From Bugula neritina (Eukaryota > Animalia > Bryozoa), in assembly GCA_964035545.1 (NCBI GenBank), contig OZ037771.1, forward strand, positions 1,747,628 through 1,811,627: 64,000 bases of DNA. Reading direction: 5' to 3'. The notes below the pieces were generated by a model. It did not search any database, was not told where the DNA came from, and was given only the letters and a program-made list of their open reading frames with translations. Positions 1 through 11,749 of this stretch are shown in pieces (position 1 is the first letter of the stretch; each line of letters starts with the position of its first letter). A program made the translations under genes and the position numbers.

Positions 1-3000
1 GTACTCATGATGGTGAAACTGAACACTACTATGATGATGATCATCATCATGACAGTTATAATAAAACAGTTTCACTTTGAAAATTGAAATTAAAAATTGC
101 CATCATCATTCTGATTGTATTTATATAGAATATGTTTATAAAAGTATTTATATTGATATTAGAAACCGTATTGATTTTAAGCATTTGATATTTAACCCAG
201 TGATTGAATATTACTTCTACCTATTTAATCTTATATAATATTTATTAAATTTAAAATAAATACAACTATCACTATAACTTGATATTTAGTTTCACTATGA
301 CTATGAGTATTACTTTTACTATAACTATTAGTATTAGTATTAGTATAAGATTACGTAACACTAACAGTCAGTGGAACTGAAACTGTAATAATAATAAATA
401 TAGTAATCGTAATGTTAATACTTATGGTAAACGTAATAGAAGACACTGAGCCATGCGTAAAACGGCTTGAGCTGTATCATACAGTGTGAGTGTATGAGTA
501 TGATAGTGTATGGCAAACTGAAACTGCAAGAAATAAAATCAAGTTGAACATAAAATGTTTATTAATTCCTTTACCCGCAAAAATTAAAGCGGTTACAATG
601 ACAAACAAAATGCTTAATAATAATTGAGAAAAAAACAAAATTGTTATAAAAGAATAGAATATTATTGTCAATAAATAAAACTTCAGTGAAGCAAGTTTAA
701 AAGTGCAATTATTATAATGGAATGCAAACCGGAACAGATAAAGAAAGGTGTTTAATAGGTAAGGTCGAAAACACTTCTCAGTTCTACAACAATTTTATTG
801 TGATGGTGATCGACATACACCCTAATACAAAGCTAGGGGCTACGCAGAAATCTCAGCTAAGTCACAGTTGAGTCTATGGGGTTGTGGCTAAATAAAAAAA
901 TGAGAAGATAACTTGTGTTAGGATGAAACCTGCCAATGTTTTGCTTTTTAATAATTACGAAATCATTTAATTCTAATTATTGGAAATTTACAAGTTAAAA
1001 ACTAGTTTATAATTTAACCTAACGTCAAATTAGTGTAGGCTAATTTATATTCATAAACCCTACAAACTGAAAGCCTTACAATACTTTATTGTAATATATA
1101 TTACAATCATATTATATTGCAACTAGTGCTGTAGCATTATGGCCTATCAAGTCCCTGAAAACGCTTGAATCGGGCTACAAGGCATATAAAGTTAGTATGC
1201 ATGGTGTCAGCTAATATACAATATACAATATACAATATACATACCAGATTCTCGTCTCAAAGTGTTGAAAGATACTCAAATACGGTTTACTATTCTAACA
1301 TTTAAAATAGATGCTTTTGTTTTTTGTGCTATTTAAAAGAGTTGCTGTCAGACAGCATGGATAGCTAGGCTATGGGCCTCTTCATCATCTCTTTGGCATT
1401 TAAAATGTCTAAATTTTTTTGTTTTGCTAAACATTGATTATGTTGATAAAATTACCAAAAAAAACAAAATTTCTTATTTGTAAGAAATTCTACAATTTTT
1501 GGGAAACTTTTTAGTTTAATTTGTGAAATTTTCTAGTTTTATTGCATATAGATTTATTTCATAAACAATTTTAACATATATAGGCAGGTAACAATTACAA
1601 ATGTAAATATAATATACAGAATGCACAGAATGGAAGAATAAAACATTAATGGGGTGTGGGTGGGAGAGGTGGGGCTTTTTTTATTTATGTGAACGTTTAT
1701 TTAGAGCTGTCAAAGAAGTTATCCCCTCTCCTATTGCATCATTAAAACAACCTTCCAGTTTATCTGATATCAACTTTGATCTCTGAGTAGACTTGTCCTT
1801 TTCTTCATTTACTTTTATAAAATCTGCGCTGAGAGGTTGTTGAGAGATCTTCATCACAAGTAAATATGTTACCATAGCAGCTAACTAAAACAGTGGAATT
1901 TCCTGTTTATTAGAGTATTTATCTTACTTTAAGCGATATTTTGCTGCTCAAGAGAACTAAGAATTATGTACTTTAAACAGAATTTACTGATTACAGAATT
2001 TTCAAATGTTTTAAGAGTTTTTTCCTATTAAACTGAAGCAAGCAAAGGTACACCATTTTAATTTAATTATGACACACCAGAATGTCAGCTATTAGGCAAT
2101 TAAACTTTTAACTGATTAGAAAAACTATTAACAAAATTGTATAGGAAAGTACACCATTTTCTTTGTTGAGCATAATAAATTTTGCCTGTAGTAAATTTAT
2201 TGAATATTTTTGGTTGTAGTGAAAACTTGGCTTGTTTTAGAAAACTTTCATCGAAAAGTTTTCACTGGCGTTTGAAGATATTTTAAAAAAATTTATTCAA
2301 AGAAATGATGGTTTGTGAAAAAATAGTAATACATTCTTGGAATTTTAACAATTGTTTTATTGGAAAAAAGCTATGGCATTGTATATTATGCAGTTTTGAA
2401 ATATAAAAATAAGTTTAAAAGAGCTTCGAATTATATTATAATGTAGTTACCATGACTATTTCAATGAATGCCATTACAGTCAACATCCATGGGAAATTCA
2501 AATTCTCGGTGATAGCTCCACCCATTATTGGACCAATCATATTCCCCAATGCATAGACACTGTTGATAGTTCCAGATACTGCAGCATAAGTCTGTATACT
2601 GTCTTTTAAATAGCCATTAACTCTGTTTAGGATAAAAGAATAACTGCTAAAAATCTAGTCATTAGGATTAAACACAATTATTATTAGATAATGAAGTTGA
2701 ATGTTATATTATGTACCGGAAATATATTCTCTTATGTAACAATATGTTAGAAACTTTTGTTGTGAAAATGCAAAAGAAGATTATACTATTTATTAAAGCC
2801 TGCCTGTTGTACAAGTTTACAATCAATGAAGCTACAATAACAAACTTGGGTTGTGATGCACAAAATTTTCCTCCACTAAAATATATTTTTATTGAAGTAT
2901 TATATTATGTTATATTATTATATAGATATAAATTTTGTGTTCACTCACCCTAATAAGTTTAATTCAATTTGCTATAAAATTTCATTGTAATATATATTGC

Positions 3001-4209
3001 ATTATCATTTTATAAACAAACTTTGCAGTTATTATCATAATATTATTACATAATATTACATAATATTATATAATATAAATATATAATATTATATAAACAA
3101 ATGTGTTTACTCACCCTACTAAATTCAAAGATGCTTGATACGGTAAAATGAACATGCAAGCTTGGAAAGCTAGCTCTATAGGTATTAGAATCAGTGGGAG
3201 CAGCACATAACTAAAACAATTCATTTTTTTCTTCAAAACAACACAAGAATGACTAAAATATAACAATTACAAATCACTATTTATCTTTAAATGCCATCTA
3301 TACATGAGTGTGATTAGAATGAACAATGAACTGTTTGAGTAGCTTATTAGCCAACCAGAACTGAGTTTCATGCTGTATACAGTCTATCCCACCGTGCTCT
3401 TAGATTAATAAGCATGTTATGTTAGAAATAATTAAAATAACTCACTGTTTTCCATGAAATATAAAATCTAGTAGAGGAGATGGTCCAGTAAATAAGTTGA
3501 TGAATATGGAAACGCACCATGCCAGTATCATCAGAGACCATGTAAATCCCTGAAAATGTTTGCTTATTAATAATACAGGAAAGAAAAGTATAGTTTCCAT
3601 AAATTTTAGCAATATCGTTGACAACCTGCCAATGCCAAAATTTTTTCAATAGGATTATGCCAATAATCAGCATATTTTTGCTTTACTATATATGAACATA
3701 TGTTACCCCAAATCCAAACTACAAGATTGTGCTTATATTATTGCTATATACTCATATTACAATATAAAAAGTCAATACATCAAGTCACTGCATGTATCTT
3801 ACCCTTTTAGCAGCGAATGCTGCGAGTGGACAGCATAGAACATGTGCTAGAGTCCATATTCCATACAGCAAACCTGTTTGAACGGAGGTTTTATGAAACT
3901 AAAAGAAAGAATTTAGCTAATTTGCATTTCAAGTAAATTAAAGAAAGTTTTCATAGGGTACACATTGTTGAGTTACCCTACTCAGCTCCAAGCACTTGCT
4001 AGACTCTGTCAGGTAATCTCAGAGAGTGCCCTTAATGTTTATATGATCACTGAATGATGGTTTTTGAAAGTTGAAAATCAAAATTTTTAACAGAATATTG
4101 CCATCATTATTAACCTTTGCAAAACTTTTTTTAGAATTTGTTGAAAATTATTACTGTTGACAGACTATGCGCAAAAATAAAATGAGTTAGCTGAGTTCTT
4201 TTTAAAATG

Positions 4210-4360
4210 AAGATGAGGGACAAGGGCTATAAATTAGCTAAAGTTTACTTACAGTGAAGATGAGAGACACAGGCTATAAGTTAGCTAGAGTTTACTTACA
4301 GTGAAGATGAGAGACACAGGCTATAAGTTAGCTAAAGTTTACTTACAGTATATATGAGAA
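4210..4360 (-). repeat. 47-bp tandem repeat (x3) containing the exon-6 3' end and the GTAAGT donor of MFS copy A
   Basis: Donor cores ACT|GTAAGT have their G at 4346 (real), 4299 and 4252, exactly 47 bp apart. Confidence 0.9.
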
Positions 4361-5689
4361 AGTTACTAATTCCTGTGGTACGAGCACTGGACACTATTCT
4401 GGCCGTGAGGCAGTGACCTACCAAAACTAACATTCCAGGAATTGCTAGCAGACGATATACCTTTTTCTCTGATTTTTCTGCTGCTTCTAAAATTAGAAAT
4501 TTAGAACCAAAACTGTTTTTGGAGAAATAATGTATTTATAGTGATGGTAAGTTTGCTTAAAAGGAGCACAACCAGTAGTCAAAGTTAAGGGGGGGGGGTA
4601 TGTCGTACCCTCAACATAACATACCTATATCTGGTAGAACAACACTCAGAAGAATAATGAAAAGGCTTAATATTCCTCCCAGAATCCAAAACATGCTTTC
4701 ATATCCAGCCAGCTGTAAAACAAGATATTATTTAGTCACTTTATTATCTTCAACCTTTCAGTGCGTGAATTTGATTGGCTGAAACAGACCTGATCAGATG
4801 AAGAGTGACTTATTTCTAAAGTGAAAGCACGGCATATCTACTCAAACAGAGAACTTCTTTTAGCATGCTGAAGGTACAGATGGGCAACAAGTGACCCCAT
4901 CTGCCTGACTTTTTATCAATTTTGCAAAGGGACGAAACAGTGGCCAACTAAATCATATCATAAAATTATGTCATAGGATACACTTTTAAAAGCATTATAT
5001 TATAAAAACCTATAAAGTATAGCCTACAAAGAATTTTAAACAGTAGTTTTTATGGAATATTCAACAAACTGTTTCAAAGTTATAAACTTGAACAAATTAT
5101 TATCCAATATTGTGGTAAGTTTCCACTTATAGTTAGTATTCACTAGGTATAGGTTGCTAATGACCACTGTACCTGATAAATAGCCGAGCCGATGGCTGGA
5201 CCCACTGTATAGCCAGCTCCTGATACCATTTGCATCATTCCCTTTAAATAAACAGAGCACCAGCTAGTTTATAGTATCTAAGTCTAATTAATTAGAAGAA
5301 AAGTTTTTTTGCAACTAGTCAATTTTAGAATAGTATAAGCTTGATCAATTAGTCAAACTTCCAAGAAAGTATGCTTTTGTAATTATTATTGCTGTGAACA
5401 CTCTGGTAGTACAAAGGCTTTCAGTTGTATGGACTCCGAATCAACTCATGCTGGCAACAGGGCCTAGGGCTGTTAATGGTTTACAGAAGCAATTATATGA
5501 CTAAAGAATCTTTTGCTTCAAACATTAATAATGACATTATTAAAGGTGTGTTATTTACTATTTCAGCTTATAAACAAGTTTATATTGTTTAAAAAATATT
5601 TTGCAGAAACTTGAGTACTTAAATTTTTTCAACTAAAACTACTGAATCAAAAAGTATTAGCAGAATCTCTATTCTCTTAATTAAAGTAA

Positions 5690-5808
5690 ATACTCAGTAT
5701 GATTGTGATATATACTCACTATGACTGTGATACACTCACTATGATTGTGATATACTCACTATGATTGTGATATACTCACTATGATTGTGATACACTCACT
5801 ATGATTGT
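5690..5808 (-). repeat. 20-bp minisatellite made of the exon-3 donor junction (ACAATCATA|GTGAGTATATC), copy A
   Basis: About 6 units; five intact GTGAGT including the real donor at 5799. Confidence 0.92.
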
Positions 5809-5951
5809 GCTGTTGCTGTAAGACGTAGCTTTTAGTAGAATACTCATACCACAGACTACAATACATGCTGAACCACATCCAGCTATCATTCTAACTATGA
5901 TACACAGAGGGAGATATGCTTGCATGGTTAGGAGCGTATGATATCAATCTG

Positions 5952-5953
<2 letters not shown>

Positions 5954-6033
<80 letters not shown>
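5954..6033. repeat. (TA)n microsatellite abutting the exon-3 acceptor, copy A
   Basis: Pure TA run ending ...TATATTACAG|exon on the minus strand. Confidence 0.95.
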
Positions 6034-6036
<3 letters not shown>

Positions 6037-6727
6037 GCATGATGTGTAAAAAATTACCCTAATTCTAGTTTTAGACCACCTTCTGGTTATAAGTTGCATT
6101 TTATGTGAAAATGCAAAGCAATAAACTAAAAATATTGAGTGTGATGTTTATGAATAATCACTTTGATTCTAGTTTTAGACTATTTTATGGCTATAAGTAA
6201 ATTGTAAATAATGACATGCTTCCAAATTTATGGTGACTTGAAATACATCTGCATTTTTTAGTTTGGGCAACAAAAAATGTACTATAAGCAGCAATTATTA
6301 TTGAGATTAGTTCTAAAAGTATAGGCTACAAGTTTAAACGTCTGCTTTAATATTTTCAGCTGCCGAAAGCCCTTCAAATTTATATGAACCATTTTAAACA
6401 ATTCCATACCCAAAGAGAACACAAGAAGCCGCTGCTAGAATATTCCCAAATATGCATAGACTTCTGGGAGAAAACTTGTTAATCTAAAACCATAAGTAAT
6501 ACATTATAGGGCTGTAGCTTTATTGCTAAGGGGGCATAAAGATTGTACTCATCATGTTCAAGCTTTATATGTCACGGTTGATCAACTGATGTGTAGGAAT
6601 ATTCACTAGCAAGTATAAAGTATTTTTAGCAGAAATTGAAATAAATAAAAAAATTTCCCAGCCACCAATCTTTCCAAAGCCAGTTAGTTTAGAGTTTTAC
6701 TCCAGTGAAACGCAATGTAACTTGAGG

Positions 6728-6889
6728 TAGGTGCAGTAAGGTAGAAATTGAGAAAAGCCTGTGTTCTAGATTAGAAATGTAACAAAAGAAGCTATGTTCT
6801 CGCAATAATTTCAACCCGTGCCCCAAACCAAATTTTATAAATCACATTAAATAACTTAGGCTGTCTCAATTTCTCTACTATTGCTCCTA
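6728..6889. mobile_element. MITE-like element (family 1), TA-flanked, ~27-bp imperfect TIRs
   Basis: Left TAGGTGCAGTAAGGTAGAAATTGAGA; reverse complement of right end TAGGAGCAATAGTAGAGAAATTGAGA. A homologous copy lies at 15733-15875 in a non-homologous intron. Confidence 0.7.
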
Positions 6890-9236
6890 CAAATGTGTAA
6901 CTTCGCCACTAAAAAAAGAAGAGGTGGATGTTGTCTTGAAATGCATTAGTACTATCAACTGCCATAAAATAGTTTCAAAAAGTCAATAAATCATAGTTTG
7001 AGTTAATGAGCTCTGTCGTTCAGCTTAAATAATGTAATACAATCATACTAATGTGGTGCTAAAATCTCAAGTAGCCCCTATACCTACACTATGTATACAC
7101 ATAGTGTGTGTGTCTTCTGGTAACGGTGTAGTTGGAGTTCTTGCCGCCTGTGTGATTGCTCTGTTAGTAGTTCATATATATTCATATCCATGTTTCTCCT
7201 TATGAGGGTTGAAAAAAATACTAATAAGTCACCACTATACCTCGGACTATTCTAGTAAAATCAATAGAGAATAGCTTATATAGCTTAACCTTGGAATCAT
7301 TTATAGAGCTCATGCTAATTATGTAACGCTATGTGTTTGCAACTGAGTGAGTTTTAATTTTACCATTTAAAGCTTTATGACTGGCTTAAGTATAATTACT
7401 TATACAGTGCAGTGCAATGCTGCACTAAACATACTAAATTCGCACTAAACCAATAATGTACCTATAGCGAATCAGGCTAGGTGTAAGGACTTGCTTTATA
7501 TTGATGAGTTGTGTTTAAACTTTAAAGCTTTACACTTAAAAATTTGCTTTTTATAAAGTTTCAAGTTTAAAAATTGAAAACATGATTTCAATAATTCCTT
7601 CTTTTAAAGCTTTGACTTGAACATTATGGTACCAAGGTAATAATATTAACATACCTACTACTAAAACTATCGGTAGTTGAATTACACGTTAGTAGTTTGA
7701 CAGCCTCTAGTATATTTCAAAAATACAGCCAATAAAGTGCAAAAATTGCAAAGCTTTAGAAAAACACTATATTATGTACACTTACCAAATATCCAACTAG
7801 AAAAGCAGAAATAAATTTAGAGAACTCAAATGCTGAAAACACAATTCCTATTTCTGTGTCACCGATGCCTTTTTCTCGTGCCACAGGAGGGAAAAAAGGA
7901 ATTAAAAATGTATCAGCATTCATAGCTGAAAAGTTAACGCTCAAAGTAACAGCGATGAGACCCTTTTCCTTCCACCATGAGCTCTTTGAAAATACTCCTT
8001 GACACATGTCAGAAGTATAGTTAAAGATTTACAATCCAGGTATCAGAAGTGTGAATGATAGCAGTAGTACTCTGGTAATGATGAAGTTGAATTACCCACT
8101 TTCACATATAGTTGCTGTAAATATAATATGTTTAATGCGCCATGCTTGAGTTGCAAGAAGTTGAGACAAGGTTTATTAAGTACTTGTAGCGATCAGGTAT
8201 TTCAGGGTTACATACAGATGTTAATAAAGTGCATCCATGCAGTAAATACTTAGCATTTGAACATGATCTATATAATTGAGTGGGTCCATTACAATAACAT
8301 ACATCTTTATTTTGAATGCGAGCAAGTATAAAAAGTAAATTATATCAAACAATATATGCAGAGTGAGATATAATGCTTGGTTTAGTGCATATAGTTATGA
8401 ACTGCAGTGAAATACATTCAGTAAACTGTTTAAAAACAGACTCAACATAATATATCAGTTAGCTAGTAACCAATTAGATATGTCAATACCATGGGTGAAA
8501 GTCATCTAAAATTTTCATCATTATTTTGAAGTTTTGGCTCAAAGTACTGCTGCTTTAGATAGCAGCTAAGTCTTTAAAATACAGATACAACACCCACTGC
8601 AATACATAAATTTCTTTAGCAACTCATGATGTTTCACCTCTAGAGTCTAGGACTTTGGCTTAACTGCAATAATATTCTTCTATAACCCTCTTTTTGAAAA
8701 AGCTAATCTATTAAAATTTATTTTGCAGTCTCCTATCAATACAAAAAATGAGACTCAGCGACTTTAAACAACACAATGTTTAGAAAACAATATTTCTTAA
8801 AAGATGACTACCAAAGCTCATTGTCGCTTTTGTAAACACGATAGTAGATTTTATCTACTTTATTAGGGTGGATTCAGGCATAATTTAAACTTTACAATCC
8901 CATCACTTGCTTTTCATTTCATTATTAAGCTAGCATTGTTGCTAATTTATGGAAGTTTTTGTTCAACTGAAAAAGTAGTGCCTTAAAGAAGAAATAGGTA
9001 TCTTGAAGTATATCATTACGTAATCTGAGCCAATGTTCATGTGAGTTATAAACATAAGGGAATACAAGTTATATGCAGCTTCACAATGTAATATTATAAA
9101 GCTTTAAGCTTTTCTGTAGGCATATGATACGTGCATATCGTCGGCTAAAACATGGCATTGTATTATACTAATTATGCTTTTCATAAGCAGCAGTCATTTT
9201 ATTTGTTATAGTGCAATAATTATTGTTATATTTTAG

Positions 9237-10201
9237 TTATATAGAGCTTCCTCTTTCACTAATAGTCATAGAGTTTCTATTTCAACCCTTCATGTTTATT
9301 CTGCCATTTCAAGCATCCTTGAACTTAGCTGAGTGAGTATTAAAGTATATACTTATAAATTTTTTTATCAAAGTTTCCCACAAACAAGAAGAATTCAAAC
9401 AAGTACACTGCTGTATCAAGCAATATTTAATATTTAAATAAAATTTAATTTTAAAATAAAAAACTATTAGCAAAACAGATTGCCTTCTGATATCGAAAAA
9501 ATTGTAAAGCTAATTTTAATAGTACAGCACTGATAAATGTTGGTTTTGTGTTACCCAAACAACTAGCTGGCTTAATGTTGTTCTATATATTATATATTCA
9601 CTATGCTTTATAAACAGAGTTAACGGCCATTCAAAAGACAGTATGCAGACATATTATGCAGCAGTATCTGGAACTATCAACAGTGTCTATGCATTGGGGA
9701 ATATGATTGGTCCAATAATGGGTGGAGCTATCATAGAGACCCTAAACTTTCCTTGGATGTTGACTGTACTAGCCTTCATTGAAATCGCTATGGTAATTAT
9801 AATTCCCTATCCTATTTTTGTAAAAAACGTTGAGCATAATTAAGATTCAAAATAAACCTATGCATGCATACATGTAAGAGTTATACCACAGATGAGTACA
9901 GACATACAAACATTCCAAAATTAGAGAAAATTATTGTCAAAAGCTATGCATGACTCATCAAGAGTATACAACTCCAAGTGTTTACCCATTGTAGTTGGTT
10001 ACTAGAGTTACATATCTGCTTGTAATGAAGATTTCTCAACAACCTCTAAAGCCAAGTGATAATAATAAAGAAGAATTAGAAGACAGCATCTCAGAGAGGT
10101 CAAAGTTGATAACAACTAAACTAGAAGATTGTTTTAATGATGCAATAGAAGAAGGGATAACTTCTTCAACTGTTCTTAGTACCAAACATGCACCTAAATA
10201 A
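9237..10201 (+). pseudogene. Inverted, 5'-truncated SLC18B1-like fragment (last three exons)
   Basis: Plus-strand exons 9237-9332 (YIELPLSL..QASLNLAE), 9618-9792 (VNGHSKDSMQTYYAAVSG..FIEIAM) and 9995-10201 (LVTRVTYLLVMKISQQPL..) have intact splice sites and frames. No exons 2-8 are seen upstream on the plus strand. Confidence 0.85.
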
Positions 10202-10784
10202 TTTATGCATATCCAATTTTTAGCATTATGCACAGCTTCATGTTTTGTTTCACATTTATTCTGTTTATATTTGTTAATTTTTGTTATTTTTATTAAAAAT
10301 TTGAAACAGCGCTTTTTGTCTTTAGACTTTGTGTCTTTTTACTTTACACTTACAATTCTAATGTGTCAAAGGTAGTGCTACAATAAACCAATACAAAACA
10401 CTTAAATTATAACAGGATTTAACAGTTGCTGTATTAGTGCTGAAATATAAATTGTAGAATCTTGACTAAAGATGTTAGAACAGCTTACAACAAAAAAGTT
10501 AAATTGCTTGCAGAATTAAAGATTAATCAAATAAATTAAATTTACTCGCTTGTTATTTTTTCTTTTCACGCAGTGATTAAAGCAACTTCCTTCCGATACA
10601 GCCCCCATACTAGTAAGTCAGTCTCCCTCAAAGATGCTAGAATAAATTTTACAGCTGGTGTTTTTTTTAAGATTAATTCATGTCCATTATAAACTGATGC
10701 TATTGTAGCTACAATAAATAAACATATCTTAACTCATCAAATAATATATCCTATAAAAAATGCAAAAAAAATTAGATGATTTAA

Positions 10785-10880
10785 ATAAGGAGAACCCATA
10801 TTCTATTTCTGTGTCACTGCTACGTCTTTCTCCTGCCAGAGAAGTAGCAAAATGTTTCATTATTCACAGCTGAAAAAATA
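10785..10880 (-). pseudogene. Decayed exon-1 relic of an SLC18B1-like paralog
   Basis: gagaacccatattctatttctgtgtcact...ttcacagctgaaaa aligns by eye with exon 1 of copies A and C (gagaatacaattcctatttctgtgtcact; ttcatagctgaaaa), with indels. Confidence 0.6.
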
Positions 10881-11749
10881 GTCACACTGAATAAAATATC
10901 AATAGGGTATCAAATATTATGTTTAGTTAAAAAAAATTTTAAATGGATATTTACCTATATATATTATACCAATAGGTTTTTTCTTTATTAATGCTGTAAT
11001 TAGTCTTTTCTCCCTTATAGCTGTTTGACTTTTTTATAGCTAATAGCTTATTTTAGCTGTCATGTTATTGCATAATCCATTTTCGTTCGGCCATGCTCAG
11101 CTCTTTTACTAAACATGTGATGTTCTAACAAAATATCTTTAGATTTATTGTTCTGATAAAATAACTTTAACAAAGCCAAGCTCTACGAATGAAAATAATA
11201 GTTTTGAATGCCTAATCTAATACCTGGTATATATAATAGTTCATAAATTGGGCTGCACTGTACTGGAGTACTTGCATCTGTTTTCCCTCACACATTTGAC
11301 TCTATGCGCCAAGTAGACTTAAAGCCTTAAACTATTTTCAACAAAACTTGTTTTTCAATAAAAAGAATCAGTAGAATGTTTCTAATTGCAAACTTCATAA
11401 AGAAAGTAGGGAAATAATTACCAATAATTTATTGATATTATAGCCAGCTATATATATAAGTGTGCATGGGCATGTGTCTATGGTGGTGGACTTGAGCGTT
11501 TGTTACACTCATGAGTTCTATTTTTAAACTAATATTAAAAAAAATCATTTGATTATTAACAAAATGCAAAGATACATAATTCTAAAAATTTTAATGTGGC
11601 AAAATACTAAATGGTTACAGCAAAATGTCACTTAAAATGTATTTTAATAAAACTAAATTTTTAGAAACCACCCAGAGAATTATAAAAAATAAACATAAAG
11701 GAAAAAGTTTTAGCTGTTTTAATGGTTAACATCTTTAGATCTGTTTTCA

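Larger units (their letters stand above)
1681..8007 (-). pseudogene. SLC18B1: SLC18B1-like MFS transporter, copy A; 11 exons with a 4-nt frameshift in exon 3 (probable recent pseudogene or null allele)
   Basis: Exons (minus): 7786-8007, 6410-6483, 5800-5948, 5173-5241, 4625-4712, 4347-4486, 3803-3898, 3446-3549, 3115-3210, 2451-2622, 1681-1884, all GT-AG. Motifs PFFPPVAREKG..TEIGIVFS, GYTVGPAIGSAIYQLAGY and ALGNMIGPIMGG match SLC18B1. Exon 3 is 149 nt versus 145 nt in copies B and C (extra GCAT at 5922-5925), giving TAG at 5893-5891. Confidence 0.8.

Noticed and set aside
477-671. Hydrophobic 64-aa ORF and other 60-120-aa ORFs in AT-rich intergenic or intronic DNA (e.g. 2711-2953, 31815-32117, 56801-57154)
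   Set aside because: Composition expected from AT-rich noise; no homology or splice context.
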